This document shows positions 49,765-63,348 of a stretch of 64,000 nt of DNA, in pieces. This stretch comes from Octopus sinensis (lineage: Eukaryota), in contig NC_042998.1 of assembly GCF_006345805.1 (NCBI RefSeq), positions 72,540,001-72,604,000 on the forward strand, written 5' to 3'. Made by a program: the position numbers and the translations under genes. The notes below the pieces were generated by a model. The model was not told the origin of the DNA. It was given only the letters and a program-made list of their open reading frames with translations, and ran no database searches. The stretch's first letter is position 1. Each line of letters begins with the position of its first letter.

Positions 49765-49900
49765 AAAACCTTTAAAGAATCGGGAAAATGTTTTGTGCGA
49801 CTTCATCTGACATATGGTTTGAGTTCAAATTCTTCCAGTGTCAAGTTTGCCATCCCAGTCGATAAAGTGAAGTTCCAAGCCCTTAAAGTAACATGGGCCA
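49765..49900 (+). mobile_element. Highly degenerate SINE family A fragment
   Basis: GGGAAAATG...TTTGAGTTCAAATTC...GTCAAGTTTGCC..GTCGATAAA. Confidence 0.5.
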
Positions 49901-51132
49901 AATTAGAACAAATCATTATGCACATCAGGATCATCTGTTGGAGTGAATATTAAATTAATGTTGTCTGTCGTGATTTGTATCAAAATACAATGATAATGTA
50001 TTTTGTCACTTCGTGATAAAACTGTTGAGATGTCCATTAAACTCAGACCAATATTCAAAATTGATTTCAGTATAATTCACTGTTTGTTTCTGATTCAATT
50101 GCTGAGTGTAGACAGTTATATAAGACATTATTAAATTGAATGTTCATCTTATTAACCGAAATGTTAACCCGCATTTTTCTTGGCTCGCAGAAATTTGACC
50201 TGGAAGAATCTTGAAAGTAGTTTTGCATTTTATGCACTGGTTTATTGATTTCACGTATTTTAAAACGAAATTTGAAATCAACGTGTATCAATAGCTTACA
50301 GTTATACAAATGTCTTTAGACATGAGTATATAAGGAAAATAGAGAAAAGAGTATAATTAATTTTCCGTATACACATCAAGAAATATTCTTGTCTTATGCC
50401 TTCTTTTAATTAAAATACAAAAGAATTTTGTTTATAACATACACTTATATGGAAGAGAAGTGATGACGAACAAACATTTTCAATCTAAGATAAAATGACA
50501 TAGTTTCTGTCAGTGACTTACTCCATATTTCTTTTATATATCAAATTACATTAGTTGGTCAATTTACAATATTAGAGTATTATGCTTCCTAAATATTAAG
50601 ACTGTATGTGTATGAAAAAAAAAGAAATTATAGATTTTATTTTCCATAATTGAAATAGGAAACCTTACAAAAAATTGCACAAATGTCCCTACATTGCTTC
50701 TGTTTACTTCTTGCAAACTTTGACACTCATACTTTCCGTTGAAATAGAATTTCATTGAATTTCAGCTTAATATTCCATATTACCAAAGCGTTTCTCATAC
50801 AATGGTTATATTACACAATTTTAAAACCATTAATGCTGGAAAGTATTTCAACAAAAACTATTTTAGTCCAATAAGTGACAATGAAAGAAACAATAGCTGT
50901 ATGTATATTTGATCGAATTTTGTTGCGGTGAATGTAGATTCGTGCTGAATAATTTCAGCGTAGATTAATTTACACGGCACGACAACAAATAATGCAACTT
51001 TAAAAAGTAACAAATATGTAACTGCATGTGTGAAGAGGTGTAAGTGTATCTCTCTCTACACGTGCATCTGTGCATGCAGCGAAATATAGGTGGCAGTGAG
51101 CATACATAAACACATTCATACATACCCTGCCC

Positions 51133-51174
<42 letters not shown>

Positions 51175-51321
51175 CAAATTAAAGAAAAACCACTATTATG
51201 CAATTCAAAGAATGATAGACATAAACCAAATCATAAATAAAAAATAAAGTATATTTTTTAAAAACATATAACTAAAACACAAAAAGTACAAGAATGAATA
51301 AACAATATACAATAAGTAATA

Positions 51322-51373
<52 letters not shown>

Positions 51374-51828
51374 CACAGATACACGTGTGTCTACGTGTAA
51401 TTTGAAGCATAAGATTTGATGAAATTATCAAGTTACAGTCGCAAACTGTAATTCTGATAGAGCATGCATCAATCTCATACAATTCTTTTTGGATAATCTA
51501 TTAATTTATCTGCAGAGTATTAGCTTAGATAAATAGCATACGACAGTTTGTCTGCGACAGAGAAAACAATTTATAAAGTGTACAAAAAAGGAAAAAAAAT
51601 CGATACAAATTTTAGGAGAAGAGATAGAGCTGATATTGTGAATTGGACTCGACAAAACATAGGTAATTCAAAACATCTATAGGGTATCTTTATAAATCCT
51701 AGTCTTCCCACTCCATCTCCCATTTAATAATGCATTTAAAGGCTGACAAAGTTATGTGCAGAAGCATTTCTAAATATTCATAAATGTATATATATATGCA
51801 TGTGTGTGTGTATGTATATATATATATA

Positions 51829-51864
<36 letters not shown>

Positions 51865-51871
51865 CTTATAT

Positions 51872-53860
51872 ATCCACCTCCAGGTGCATAAAAACTGAGA
51901 CGAGATGGTGGCCACTCTTCCCCAGAGATGGGCTGAGAGGAAGCTGTTCCTAAAAGGTCGGGTAGACGTGGCGAATACCTACTTCACCTCTGTTATCATT
52001 TATCGCCTGACCGTCGTTCCATGTGTGGGATAATGCTTCACCAGGTTGAAGCGTCTATTATTTAAATTAGTGTGGAAGGGACGCGTTCCAATTGTCAATC
52101 TGTTGGAAGCATCCAATGAGTTGCGGATTAAGTATGTTGTGGCTCCTAATACCCAGACACACTTTGAGGTTACGCCACTTGCAACGATTTCTAGATTGTG
52201 ACCGTGTATGAGCTCCGTTCGTGAGACTTGTCATTCCGCAGATTGTCTTCTTGACGGAGGTGCAATCCTGGGTAAATAAAAGACCGAGAGTGGGCGCCTG
52301 GCATGTAGAGTGTTGTCAGTCGCTCACAACCCTCTACGAGTCAGCCAATGGAATCGGTGGATATTCTGCTTTAGCAATTTATGGATTATTAGTGTCTGGG
52401 AAGTGCGACGACGTTTTCCGGGAGATTATGGGTGCCTACGAAAAGATCGATAATGAAGAGATCGAAGTGGTTGATGATTTCATCTTCCTTGACTCCAAAA
52501 TGAATCGTGATGGTGACTGCACTCCAGAAATAAGACGGCGGATAGTACTAGGCAGAGAGGCAATGGTCAGCATGAGCAGGGTCTGGAAGAGTAGAGACAT
52601 CAGACTCGCTACCAAATGCAGATTGGTGAATGCAATTGTCTTCCCAATAGCAACATATGGATGCGAGACCTGGACACTAAAGAAAGCTGACCAGAAGAGA
52701 AATAATTTTGGTGTTGGAGAAGACTTTTACGGATTCCATGGACAGCGAGGCTCACCAATGGAGAAGTTCTTAAGTAGATCAGGCCGAAAATGTCGCTGGA
52801 AGCTAGGATCACCAAGCATAGAATGGCATATTTCGGTCATATTATGCGGAGAAAATCCCTGGAGAGGGACATCATGCTCAGAATGATCAGTGGCAAGAGA
52901 GGAAGAGGCCGACCAAGAATCCGCTGGCTTGACACCATCAAGAGTGATACCGGAATGGACATAGCCAATCTGAAAGAAGCGGCCCAGTATAGAACTGACT
53001 GGAGGACACTGATCCAACGTGTAACCGAGAGTCGACTTCGACTGAGCGGATAGATAGATAGACGAAAATTAACAGGCTAGTCTGTTCCGGAAGACTTTCC
53101 GGTCGAGAACTGTCACGAATAATTTATTGACATTATAGATCTAGCAGTGCTACTGGGAAAGCGCTACAGGTATGAGATAAACTGTGTAGGCACGCTGTCA
53201 GATTGCCTTATCCGAAGTGCGTGCAGAGCGACAAAACCTTTCTACACGCATTACTGAACTGTAGGGTTATGCCGAACAACTGCTGTTACGTGTGACATGG
53301 ATCCATTTATCTGCCGAGTCTCTAGTGATGATTGCCCAGCCGTCCGCCTTCAATCGGGTAGGCAAGGCGATTTGCCTTTATCTGGTGGCTGTGGCGAAAG
53401 AGGTTGTTTCATTGAGAAGTCTGAAAGGCATGAAGACAGATATAATCCTTTTGGTAGAGCTCTTATTGACTTCTTCAAGTTTCACTTGAAAAGGAAATTG
53501 AGGGTAAAGAGTGCTGCCCTCGAGTGAGTTTACTGAAATATACCATTTTAAGTGTAGCCCTGTGAGCCGGAGAGAAGGAATTTCAGAGGGCACATGTCTT
53601 GGTTTTCAGGAAAATCTCGCAATGTGGGGTTCCTCGATTATTCCTAGAAGTCATCCTGTATCTGGAAAGCTACTACTCTATCACCAGCCCACCCACGATT
53701 TTTTTCATGTTTGTATATATGTCACTTCCTTTTCATAGTATACCGTATTAACTTATATTCTCTTTTTTATCATTTCATTATATGTAAGCCCCACATTTTA
53801 TGTCTATTTTTGTGTTGTCCCTCTCATCCTTCACCATTGTCGAAAATAAATGAAATCATC
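51872..53860 (+). mobile_element. Tx1/L1-type LINE 3' portion, interrupted by an RTE insertion
   Basis: RWAERKLFLKGRVDVANTYFTSVIIYRLTVVP is homologous to the 6427 ORF. After the insertion come ASLFRKTF, PKCVQSDKTFLHALLNC and LVAVAKEV..ALIDFFKFHLKRK, a T-rich 3'UTR and AATAAA at 53845. Confidence 0.85.
52445..53061 (+). mobile_element. 5'-truncated RTE (BovB-like) LINE with a 7-bp TSD
   Basis: EIEVVDDFIFLDS, EIRRRIVLGR, VFPIATYGCETWTLKK, YFGHIMRR, GKRGRGRPRIRWLD; (GATA)n tail; ACGAAAA at 52438-52444 and 53062-53068. Confidence 0.92.
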
Positions 53861-53861
53861 A

Positions 53862-54880
53862 TTGTGATTATTATTGCTATATAACAGTTCAATATTTGGT
53901 AGATTAAGGGGAACATCTACTGCATTACCTGCTACACCACTGTGCTGCTGCGGTGTGTGCAGAATTGTGTCTTCTTTTCTGCTGTAGTGAATATGCAAAC
54001 ACTTCCCCTTACTGTATTGTGTTTTTTTCGTTTTTTTCTTGAAGTGTGGTGTAGTCTTTTTTTGTGTTACTGCTTGTAATGTGTATTGAGTGTGAAATGC
54101 TTTGGTTTATTGGATTGCTGGTGGAACTTTATTTCATTGGGTAAATACTGTATTGAGTGTGTCTCGTGTTTGTGGGTTGTTTTGTTTAGATTGTATTATT
54201 GAATTGATAGTGCCTTGCGGAGGATGTGGATTGTTCCTAGCAGGTCTATTTTTGCACAGTGTGTCGTGTTGAAGAGATCCAGTTATAGCTTCTACGTTTT
54301 TGCTCATATGATTTTGTTTTGTTTTGTTTTTATCATGCCCAGTGTTCCAATTATTATTGGAAATGTTTTTAACATCATGTCCTACATTTTGAAAACTAGC
54401 AATTTCGAGTATTTTTTTTACTTCGACAATTTCTCCCCTTCTTTTTTGATAATATTTTGATCAGAGGGGACTGCACCGTTTAACAGTAAGCAGCTGTTTT
54501 TCTCCACTCCTTGAATATTATGTCTAGCCGATTAGATTTTATTCTTTGTCAGTTTGAACCGGCATATCCCAGATGATTGTGGCCTGGTCGTTATCATGTA
54601 TCTTGCTTGGCACATGCTTATACCACCTGTTGTCAGTTTTGATGTTGTTTTGTTGGCATATTGTCTAGTTGATATAACTGCTTCCTCTGTCGTGTCCGCG
54701 TATGTATCCAGACATGGTAAGGCCTGGGCAGCCTGAGATGATGCGGTCAATTGTCCATTTGTCATGCTTGCACATTCTGCATTTGGTGTTGGTGAAATTT
54801 ATGTGTATTTGTGTAACTGGAAACGATGTTTCCTGGAGCTAAATAGCAGTAGAATTCATCCCATTAAGGTGGTAACAATC
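53862..54880 (-). mobile_element. R4/Dong 3' fragment, decayed
   Basis: KCRMCKHDKWTIDRIISGCPGL, RWYKHVP..ATIIWDMPVQTDK, IIIGTLGMIK, LLGTIHILRKALS; ends in AATAATAAT. Confidence 0.8.
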
Positions 54881-54945
54881 CGTCACTTTATTGTGCTGCT
54901 ACTGTATAAGTTTCTCTAAGAGATTTAGAAATGCAATATTTCTAA

Positions 54946-54976
<31 letters not shown>

Positions 54977-54977
54977 G

Positions 54978-55036
<59 letters not shown>

Positions 55037-55039
55037 TAT

Positions 55040-55690
55040 TATCGCTACTGTTATTCTGAGAGATTCTTGGATAGTTCTTAATTTCCGGCTGTTCTTTACT
55101 TGAGAGCAGGCAATAGCAAATTACCAAATGTTTCAAGTTGTGCCTTCCCTTGTGACTCAAAGAGACAATATTCTCCTTAGAATGCGAGCTTTTCCCAATC
55201 ATACTGTCTCCTGGACCACTTCGAGCCTGACAACTGCTCCAGTATTTTTAATGTTTTTCAAAGCTCTTGGAAACTGCTCCCGATGCTCCAATTTCCATCG
55301 GTATCACCATTACTGTCCTCATGCCCAATAACTTTCCTATCTCGTCCCACAGTGGCTGGTAATTCTCACTCTTTTCTGTTTCCTTACATTTCACCCTCGA
55401 ATCGCCTGGTATAGCAACACCTGTCATCTTTGCTTCTTTTTCATCTTTATGGATGATCACGATATCTCGTCGTCTCGCTTCTATGATTTGGTCGGACTGC
55501 ATGTTAAAATCCCAGAGTATTTTGTAATGTTCGTTTTCCATTACTTTCTCTGGCTTGTGTTCATACCGTTGTTCGGCTCCTTCAAGGTTTGCTTTACCGT
55601 AAAACAACCAGTAGACATATCTGGCCACATTGTCGTGTCTCCTTTTCTATTCGCGTTGTGCGAGCTTATAGTATTCACTAACAATATGGC
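55040..55690 (-). mobile_element. R4/Dong 3' fragment between (TAA)n arrays
   Basis: RRHDNVARY, YEHKPE, KILWDFNMQSD..RRRDIVI, VAIPGD, VIPMEIGASG; arrays at 54947-55040 and 55690-55785. Confidence 0.85.
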
Positions 55691-55700
55691 TTATTATTAT

Positions 55701-55771
<71 letters not shown>

Positions 55772-55859
55772 TTATTATTATTATTGTCACCAGAGCTGGA
55801 CATGTATCTCGGACCTGCAAACGCGTGCGCGCCTTGTTTACCTCTAAAAAGATTGTTAT

Positions 55860-57690
55860 TGATACGTTTTATTGTTATAACCTGAGACTAAGTCAATCTA
55901 GACCATATTGGTCTGACTTTTTTTTTTGCCTTGCGGGGCAAATTTCACTCGGAAACAAAATTAACCTTCTTTTGAAAACCTACAAAATTTAATATGGCGG
56001 CGCCGTCTTTTTCAACAAGTGAACAAATGAGGGAAGTGGTTAGAGATGTCGAACGCGAAATGGTCCTTCGCCATCACTGCCCCCATTCACTATAGATGTA
56101 AATGATAGCGGTAGTAGCAGGACGAGTAGCAACAGCAAAGACAACAACAACAACCACAGGGGATGTGTTAGGTGTAATGAGAATTAGATCAATGAAACAC
56201 GAAATATATCTAGCGGCAGTCAATTGTTCAAGGAAAATATCGCCACTACCACCATTATGATCAACACACAAATCAGTAAAGTTTCGAACAAAGAAAGAAA
56301 AGGTTCAGATAGAAATAACATTTCCTTCGCAAAAGTTACAAATAAGTTTGACATTTAAAGGAATTATAAGATGTGAAGAAAGAAAGGCCACACTAAATGT
56401 TCCTCAAAACCCGTTAGAGGCTACGGAGAAAACATTTCAAATAGAAGAACTGGGTTGGGATAGGGTTGAAAATTCTACTGGTAGTGAAACCAGAAACTTT
56501 AGCAAAAATACTCGACCTAATAGAAATCTCTGGAGGCCGGCATCTGCAGGTGGTCATGGAAGGAAGAAGGCCTCAGTGTTAATTCTGTGGCGATTCAGGT
56601 CACATCAGAATCAATTGCCCGAAGGAAAGAAGGATAAGGAAAAACTGAGCCGCAGCAACCATTAACAACATGTAGTACCTATTTTCGATGATTGAGATTT
56701 TTGCATCTCTTAGTGGACCGAGAAAGAAGCGTGGGGCAGAGGTTTTGCTCAGAAAAAGGCCTGGATCTCAAGATTCTTGAACATAGTAGGCAGAATGATG
56801 GTCCTGGACTTGAATGATAACGAAAGCAGTGACTTTAGACTGGCCATTGTGTACGCACCGATCGGAGAGGGACAGCCGGATTTCTTTAGACGTTTGCGGC
56901 TGTTTCTTGGAACATCTCGCTCTGTAGTGTTAATGGGCGACTAGAACGCCATCTTGGATGCACGTATGGATTGGGTGGGGCTAACCCAGAAGAAAGCGGG
57001 ATTTACAAGCCTCGTAAACCTGCTCGGTCGTTTCCAATTGGCTGAGAGGTTCAGACTGGATTTCCCGAGTAGTCCAATATGAAGGTCGGTAAATAGAGTT
57101 GTCTCTTCCAGATCTTCAAAGACACTGTTCAGAAACAATCTTTATGGCAACAAGTCAATCGTGCCCCGCTTCCTTGCTTTGGCCGAGAAGGATAAGCGGT
57201 TTCTCTGCCTGGTGGACTATGAAGAATGAGGTTTATGGTGGACGTGATTGAAAGAGTTGAAGAAAGGCAATTTCCTCTTTGGCCAAAGCAGCATTGACTT
57301 TTTCGAGTTGAACCTGTAAAGGAAGGTGAGATTGGAGAGGGAATTGTTGTTACCCAGTAAATTTATCGAAAGGTGGGGGAATGTAGCAAGGATGGCCAGT
57401 GTGGATGGATCTACTTTAAGTATACGCCTTTAGGTGGGATGGAGTGAGAAGGAGAGGGGCGCCGACCTGAGGTGCTTTGGTTTTAGGGGTCCAAAGTGGG
57501 TGAGGTTGCTTTGGTCACCTCTCGGTAGATCATTCAACCCCTATTGGGGAATTATATATTGTTGGGTAATTTTCCTTGTTAATTGTTGTGATTTGCTGTT
57601 TACACGTATAAACTCACTGTTCATCGTCTGTGTATTGCTCATTATATTTTGTGCTCGTTTGTTATGACCAATAAATAAAGCGTTATTATT
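55860..57690 (+). mobile_element. Internally deleted Tx1-type LINE (ORF1 part, endonuclease, ORF2 C-terminus and 3'UTR; RT absent)
   Basis: Zinc knuckle C*FCGDSGHIRINC 56577-56618; APE motifs VYAP and VLMGD*NAILD; jump near 57117-57150 to the C-terminal block also seen at 53340-53520; AATAAA near 57672. Confidence 0.8.
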
Positions 57691-57821
57691 ATCATTGTTT
57701 TTGTTGTTGTTGTTGTCCTTCTTCTTCTTCTTCTTCTTCTTTCTTCTTCTTCTTCTTCTTCTTCTTCTTATTATTATTATTATTATTATATTATTATTAT
57801 TGAGTGAGAGAGCAGTTCATG

Positions 57822-58272
57822 CCATCAAAGTGACACTGGGGTAAAATATACGAAGCCCAATATACCAATCATGACCACCCGTCTGATAAGGGTACACCAG
57901 GCACATGCATCACAACCATATGTGCGCGACATGGTGATCTCATATCAAGATAAACAGCACATGACCTTGCAGGTGGGCTCAGTTAGAATTTTCTTCAGGT
58001 TGAGTAGCCCATCCCGCTCAAAAGGTCCTTGAATAAGGGTTGTTTAAGGATGTTGAAAGAACCACCCATGTTTCCAGAGGTGAATTACTCAAAACCCAAA
58101 GAATCCCTCTCAACACATGGCTATGATGCGCTCCCACTACTTCTGCTTGTGATCAGAGATGCACATATCGTCAGCCACTAAGGGACATGCTCAACTGGTT
58201 AAGGTCAAACAACTGACAAGTAAATCTGTGGTATTGAGCAGAATATTTGCTGCAGCCCATCTTTTATACGAA
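57822..58272. mobile_element. ~450-bp non-coding repeat-like element bounded by (ATT)n arrays
   Basis: Sharp boundaries, higher GC than the flanks, no recognisable ORF, trinucleotide arrays on both sides. Only one copy is in the window, so repeat status is inferred. Confidence 0.5.
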
Positions 58273-58273
58273 G

Positions 58274-58353
<80 letters not shown>

Positions 58354-58357
58354 CATC

Positions 58358-58399
<42 letters not shown>

Positions 58400-58424
58400 T
58401 ATTATTATTATTATTATTATTATA

Positions 58425-58484
<60 letters not shown>

Positions 58485-58859
58485 GTTGTTGTTTTTACTA
58501 AATCATTTCAGTATTATTTTGCTGGGTTTCAAGGTAAGTGGCAGACCAAGGTGACAGTTGTTTACTGATCACGATTCAAGAACCGTGCTGATATCTCTTG
58601 TACTTCAAAGCAATAATGAATTTTCTATGTGTTCTGTTTTTACATTCGTTTTAATACTTTTGAGCTATATTAGAAGTTGATTTCTGTTACTTCCAAATAC
58701 ACCAGTCACTATTGGTATCACGTCCACTTTTGTCATTAATCAAAACATGCGTATTTCTCGTTTACATTCATTGTAGTTGTTCCCGTTTCTTTTTTCCATC
58801 TCTTGAAGCTTGTTGCCATAAAGATTGTTTCTGAAGAGTGTCTTCTGCTGAAACCCGTT

Positions 58860-59040
58860 TAGTCCGGAGTAGAATTTCTTTCGACTTTATGTTCTGAGTT
58901 CAAATGCCACCGGGATTGACTTCATACTTCTTCCTTTTGAGATCGATAAAATAAGTAATTTTTGAGCACTGGGGTCGATGTAATTGATTTACCCCCTACT
59001 CTAAAGAACCTGGCCTCGTGCCATAAGTTTGAGACCATTA
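58860..59040 (+). mobile_element. SINE family A
   Basis: CTTTATGTTCTGAGTTCAAATGCCACCG...TCGATAAAATAAGT...GCACTGGGGTCGATGTAAT...TGGCCTCGTGCC. Confidence 0.8.
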
Positions 59041-59357
59041 TTGCTAGTAGTAGTAGAATAATAATAAGTATTTTAATTTTGAAACTCATATCGAAAATTG
59101 ACATAGGCTGGAAAAGCAAAATAGCCTTTGAACATATTGAAATGTTAATTTAATCGAAATGTGATTATTTCTTGAAAGTGCCTTATTAATACAAACTAAT
59201 GCATCAGTTTTATTTTAAATATTAATATTAGATTAATAATCAGTAACTCATATAATCAGACGAGGATTAAATCCCCAAAGTATATTAGTACAAGCCATCA
59301 GATAGCATTTATTTTTCGTAAATGAGCAAATACACAAGTAAATAAAAAGTATGTATA

Positions 59358-59512
59358 CGATGTGGCTGAGTAGTTAGAAGCCTGTCTCCCAACCACATGG
59401 TTCTAGGTTCAGTCCCACTGCATGGCACCTTATACAAGTGTTTCTACTATAGCCATGGGCTGTCCAAATTTTGTGAGTGGATTTGGATGACGGAAAATGA
59501 AAGAAGTCTGTC

Positions 59513-59551
<39 letters not shown>

Positions 59552-59790
59552 CATGTATGTATGTATGTATGTATGTATTAAGTATATATGTATGCATGTG
59601 TTTGTGTTTGACAGCCCCTACCATCGCTTGACAACCGATGTTAGTGTATTTACGTTCCCGAAACTTATCGGATCGGCAAAAAAGACCTATAGAATAAGTA
59701 CTAGGCCTACAACGAAAAAGTCCCGGAGTCGATTTCTTCGACTAAAGCAAGGCCGCAGTCAAATGACTGAAACAAGTGAAATAAAACAAT
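59358..59790 (+). mobile_element. SINE family B, complete (head, internal microsatellite, tail)
   Basis: Head to GAAAGAAGTCTGTCG, (TA)n(TATG)n, tail ending GGCCGCAGTCAAATGACTGAAACAAG. Confidence 0.88.
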
Positions 59791-62089
59791 AAAACAATAA
59801 ATCATATAATTCGGTAAATATATATGAATTCTGTTTACGTTTCTGGGCAGTAACCCTGTTTATAGTAGGCATACTGTTCTAAAATAGAGACTTCAATTGT
59901 AATATTATCTCCAAGTACCAGAGTGAAAGTGAAAAGACTTACGAGGAATATAAAAACTCAGATATTACTAAATATAATATTAACCGTGTGTATATTACAA
60001 ATAACCGCGTCTTAGCTGCTATTTCTACTTGAGATATTAGAAAGAAAAACAACAACTTTTAATCAAATCTTGATCAAAGCAGTTATGTTACCTGAAAAAT
60101 ATCCCTTATGATTACATGGAGAACAATACTTGCATCGTAAAGTGTTAATTAGTTCGGTTTTCTTTTGTTTTGTGCTTGATTAATGTGTCGCTTACTATAG
60201 CATTTAAGAAATCCTAAATTCTAGCTGTATCTGCAATTTTAGGTCTTCTTTTCTATAATCAAAATTATTTGTGAAACCATAAATATATCCTTAATGTAGA
60301 ATATAATTATTTGAAATGGAATCAGAAATTTTGATTCATCTTTGAAATAATATTACTTTCGATCTTATGGAACCTGATGTGTTCTCTAATTTCTGCGTAA
60401 TCTGCTTTTCATTATTACTTGCTATTTTGGAGTATTTAACTGTAAGGCAATACAACGATGGCTGTGCATTTTAATACTGCCTTTATCTACTTACTCCTAA
60501 ATTCATCTCTTATTTCATATTTCTTCCTTTAGAGCTTGGTAAGAATAAATTATTTTTATTTCTACATATCTGAATGAATCTCACCAACTTTATTGATCAG
60601 AAAAATGTAACAACAAGTTATATTCCGAATTATGAAATTTGCTACTCCAAATTATGAAATCTGGTACTCTCACCCGGTGCCGGTTTTGGTTGGTCTACAG
60701 AAGATGTGTGACCAGGTGCCCCGTAGACATTTCCTCATGCGACATTCAAAGTACACTACTTGAGTTGTTCCTTGTTCAGAAACACGTTTTGTATGTTAGA
60801 ATTTAGTTTGATATAGAGTGAAGATAATATCTTCGTGGAATATATCAGAGAAAGCAATGCTCACAGATGTCTGTTTGTATGTCACATTGCAAGTTGAAAG
60901 AATTTCAGCTTGATATAGCTGAAGCGGAAACTTGAAATTTCTACCAATCAATAAAGCTGACGTGTTGTTAATTAAGCATCACAGTCAGCAGATGAGTATT
61001 TGTTTATGTACTAGTCCTCTGTTATGAATATTTTTGTGATAATTCCCTAAAAGTGTGTATTTCACTCGCTATAATTGTAAACCAGAAATGATTAATCAAA
61101 TATTTTGTATCAACTTCCGAACTCACAGGTAGTATAACTATTAGACAGATGGAGACGGACATATCTGGCGGAAATCAACGGATGGTAAAAGAACGCCAGT
61201 CTGACGGCAAACATATCCTTCGTGACTCATCAATCTAGCCAGGCGTGTTCACTGAATGTTAGTAGAACGAACACAAAATAAGTATTACTCATTTACAATA
61301 GAATCATATTGAAATTGTTCTCGATATTCATTCTAACATTTATCATTTCCAATGATTGATTTCCTTTGATTGGTTTGACCAATGTCAATGTGTTGAAAAA
61401 CAGGGATAGTTACCTGATAGAATGTGGAACTTAATAGGAAGCCCTGCTGACATATAAACGACCGAAGGCTTTATTTGTCGCATGGCCAGTTTCAATACTC
61501 ATTGAACATTATTATTCAGTCGCTAATTCTTAAACACAGAACTGCAGATATATATCAGCTGCAACTATCGACTATATTCTTTACGTTTTTACATAGTTCA
61601 GCTATTTTTCGTTTACAGTATTCTCTCCTATCTTTCTCATTCGCACTTTCTTCCTCTTCCTTCTCTTGTTGCTTTTACCCAGCCAGCGGCATCGATCTGT
61701 ATCCTCTCATTAATAATAGCTCCATGTTGCCAAGCAACGGGAAAGTATTGATTTGGTGAATTCTGTGGAATGTTTCTCCATTTATCAACAATGTAATTAT
61801 CATGCCAGTGTTGGTGGAGGTAGGACGACATGTTATTGCTTGTGTAGACTATTCCTGGCTCACCTTACTATGCTGGATCATTTCCTTCTCTTAGCCACTG
61901 TTCTTTTCCCGCCAACCATCGTCTATTTACTCCCGTTATTTGAATGCATGTGTTTTATTTTTACGCTATTGAATATACGAAAATGTATATCAGAAATCCG
62001 ATGCTTTCACCTCCATACAATCTAATAATATGTATGCAATTATATATAGACATACATGTATAAGTGTATAAATATGTAAATATTTGTAT

Positions 62090-62129
<40 letters not shown>

Positions 62130-62145
62130 TTATGAATATATATAC

Positions 62146-62195
<50 letters not shown>

Positions 62196-62873
62196 ATATA
62201 AATACATATATGTACCTGTATATAAGTATATATATATGTATATATACTTATACATATACATATACATATATATATACATATGTAGCTTATATGTATATGT
62301 ATATATACACATATATACATATGTATTTATATATATGTATACATACATATATACATATATATATATATTCACCTATATATACTTATATCGTGATATATAT
62401 ATATATATATAGATATGTATATATGTTTATATATTTGCATGTATGTATGTATATAAACATAGACACATTTACACACATTTACTTATTAAATATAATAAAG
62501 CAATTTATAGTGGGGTGGTAGATGTTATGTGTTCCATATTTGACAAAATTTTTGTAATTATAAATATTTGTGATAGGACAGCAAAACATTCAGTCAATTT
62601 ATGCTGTTAAATGACTGAAACAGAGCAATGGAATTGGTATGTGTTACAAAGTAACACAGAGTAGATAACCAGAATGATAAATTATAAATCTTGCTTGACA
62701 ATGAAGTAGAAGCATAATAATAGATTATATTTTTGCATTTGTAAAATAACTTGCAAATAATACCATACACACGCACAAAAACTCACATATAAGCATACAC
62801 ACATACACAGATATATATACATATATATGTATATATACATGTATGTGTGTATGTATGTATATATATATATATA

Positions 62874-63140
62874 CTCTTTTACTCTTTTACTTGCTTCAGT
62901 CATTTGACCGTGGCCATGATGGAGCACCGCCATTTAGTCGAGCAAATCTATCTCAGGACTTATTCTTTGTAAGCCTAGTACTTATTCTATCGGTCTCTTT
63001 TGCTGAACAGCTAAGTTACAAGGACGTAAACACACCAGCTTTGGTTGTCAAGCTAAGCTGGGGGGAGAAACACAGACACACAAATATATACACACACATA
63101 CATGCATACGTACCTACATAATTACATATATATATATATA

Positions 63141-63184
<44 letters not shown>

Positions 63185-63348
63185 TATATATGATGGGCTT
63201 CTTTCAGTTTCCGTCAACCAAACCTATCCACAAGGCTTTGGTCGGCTCGATGCTATAGTAGAAGACACTTGCTCAAGGATTCCACGGAGTGGGACTGAAC
63301 TCGGAACCATGTGATTGGTAAGGAAGCTACTTACCACACCCCCCTCCT
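62874..63348 (-). mobile_element. SINE family B, complete
   Basis: Both modules plus the internal (TA)n, on the minus strand. Confidence 0.88.

Noticed and set aside
58831-58860. CTGAAGA-GTGTCTTCTGCT-GAAAC-CC-GTT
   Set aside because: Both core boxes are present, but stems I and II do not pair convincingly and the stem III loop is not palindromic.
1910-63314. Dozens of ORFs made of YI, HT, CV, LSIY or homopolymer runs
   Set aside because: They are translations of di-, tri- and tetranucleotide microsatellites that lack stop codons in some frames.
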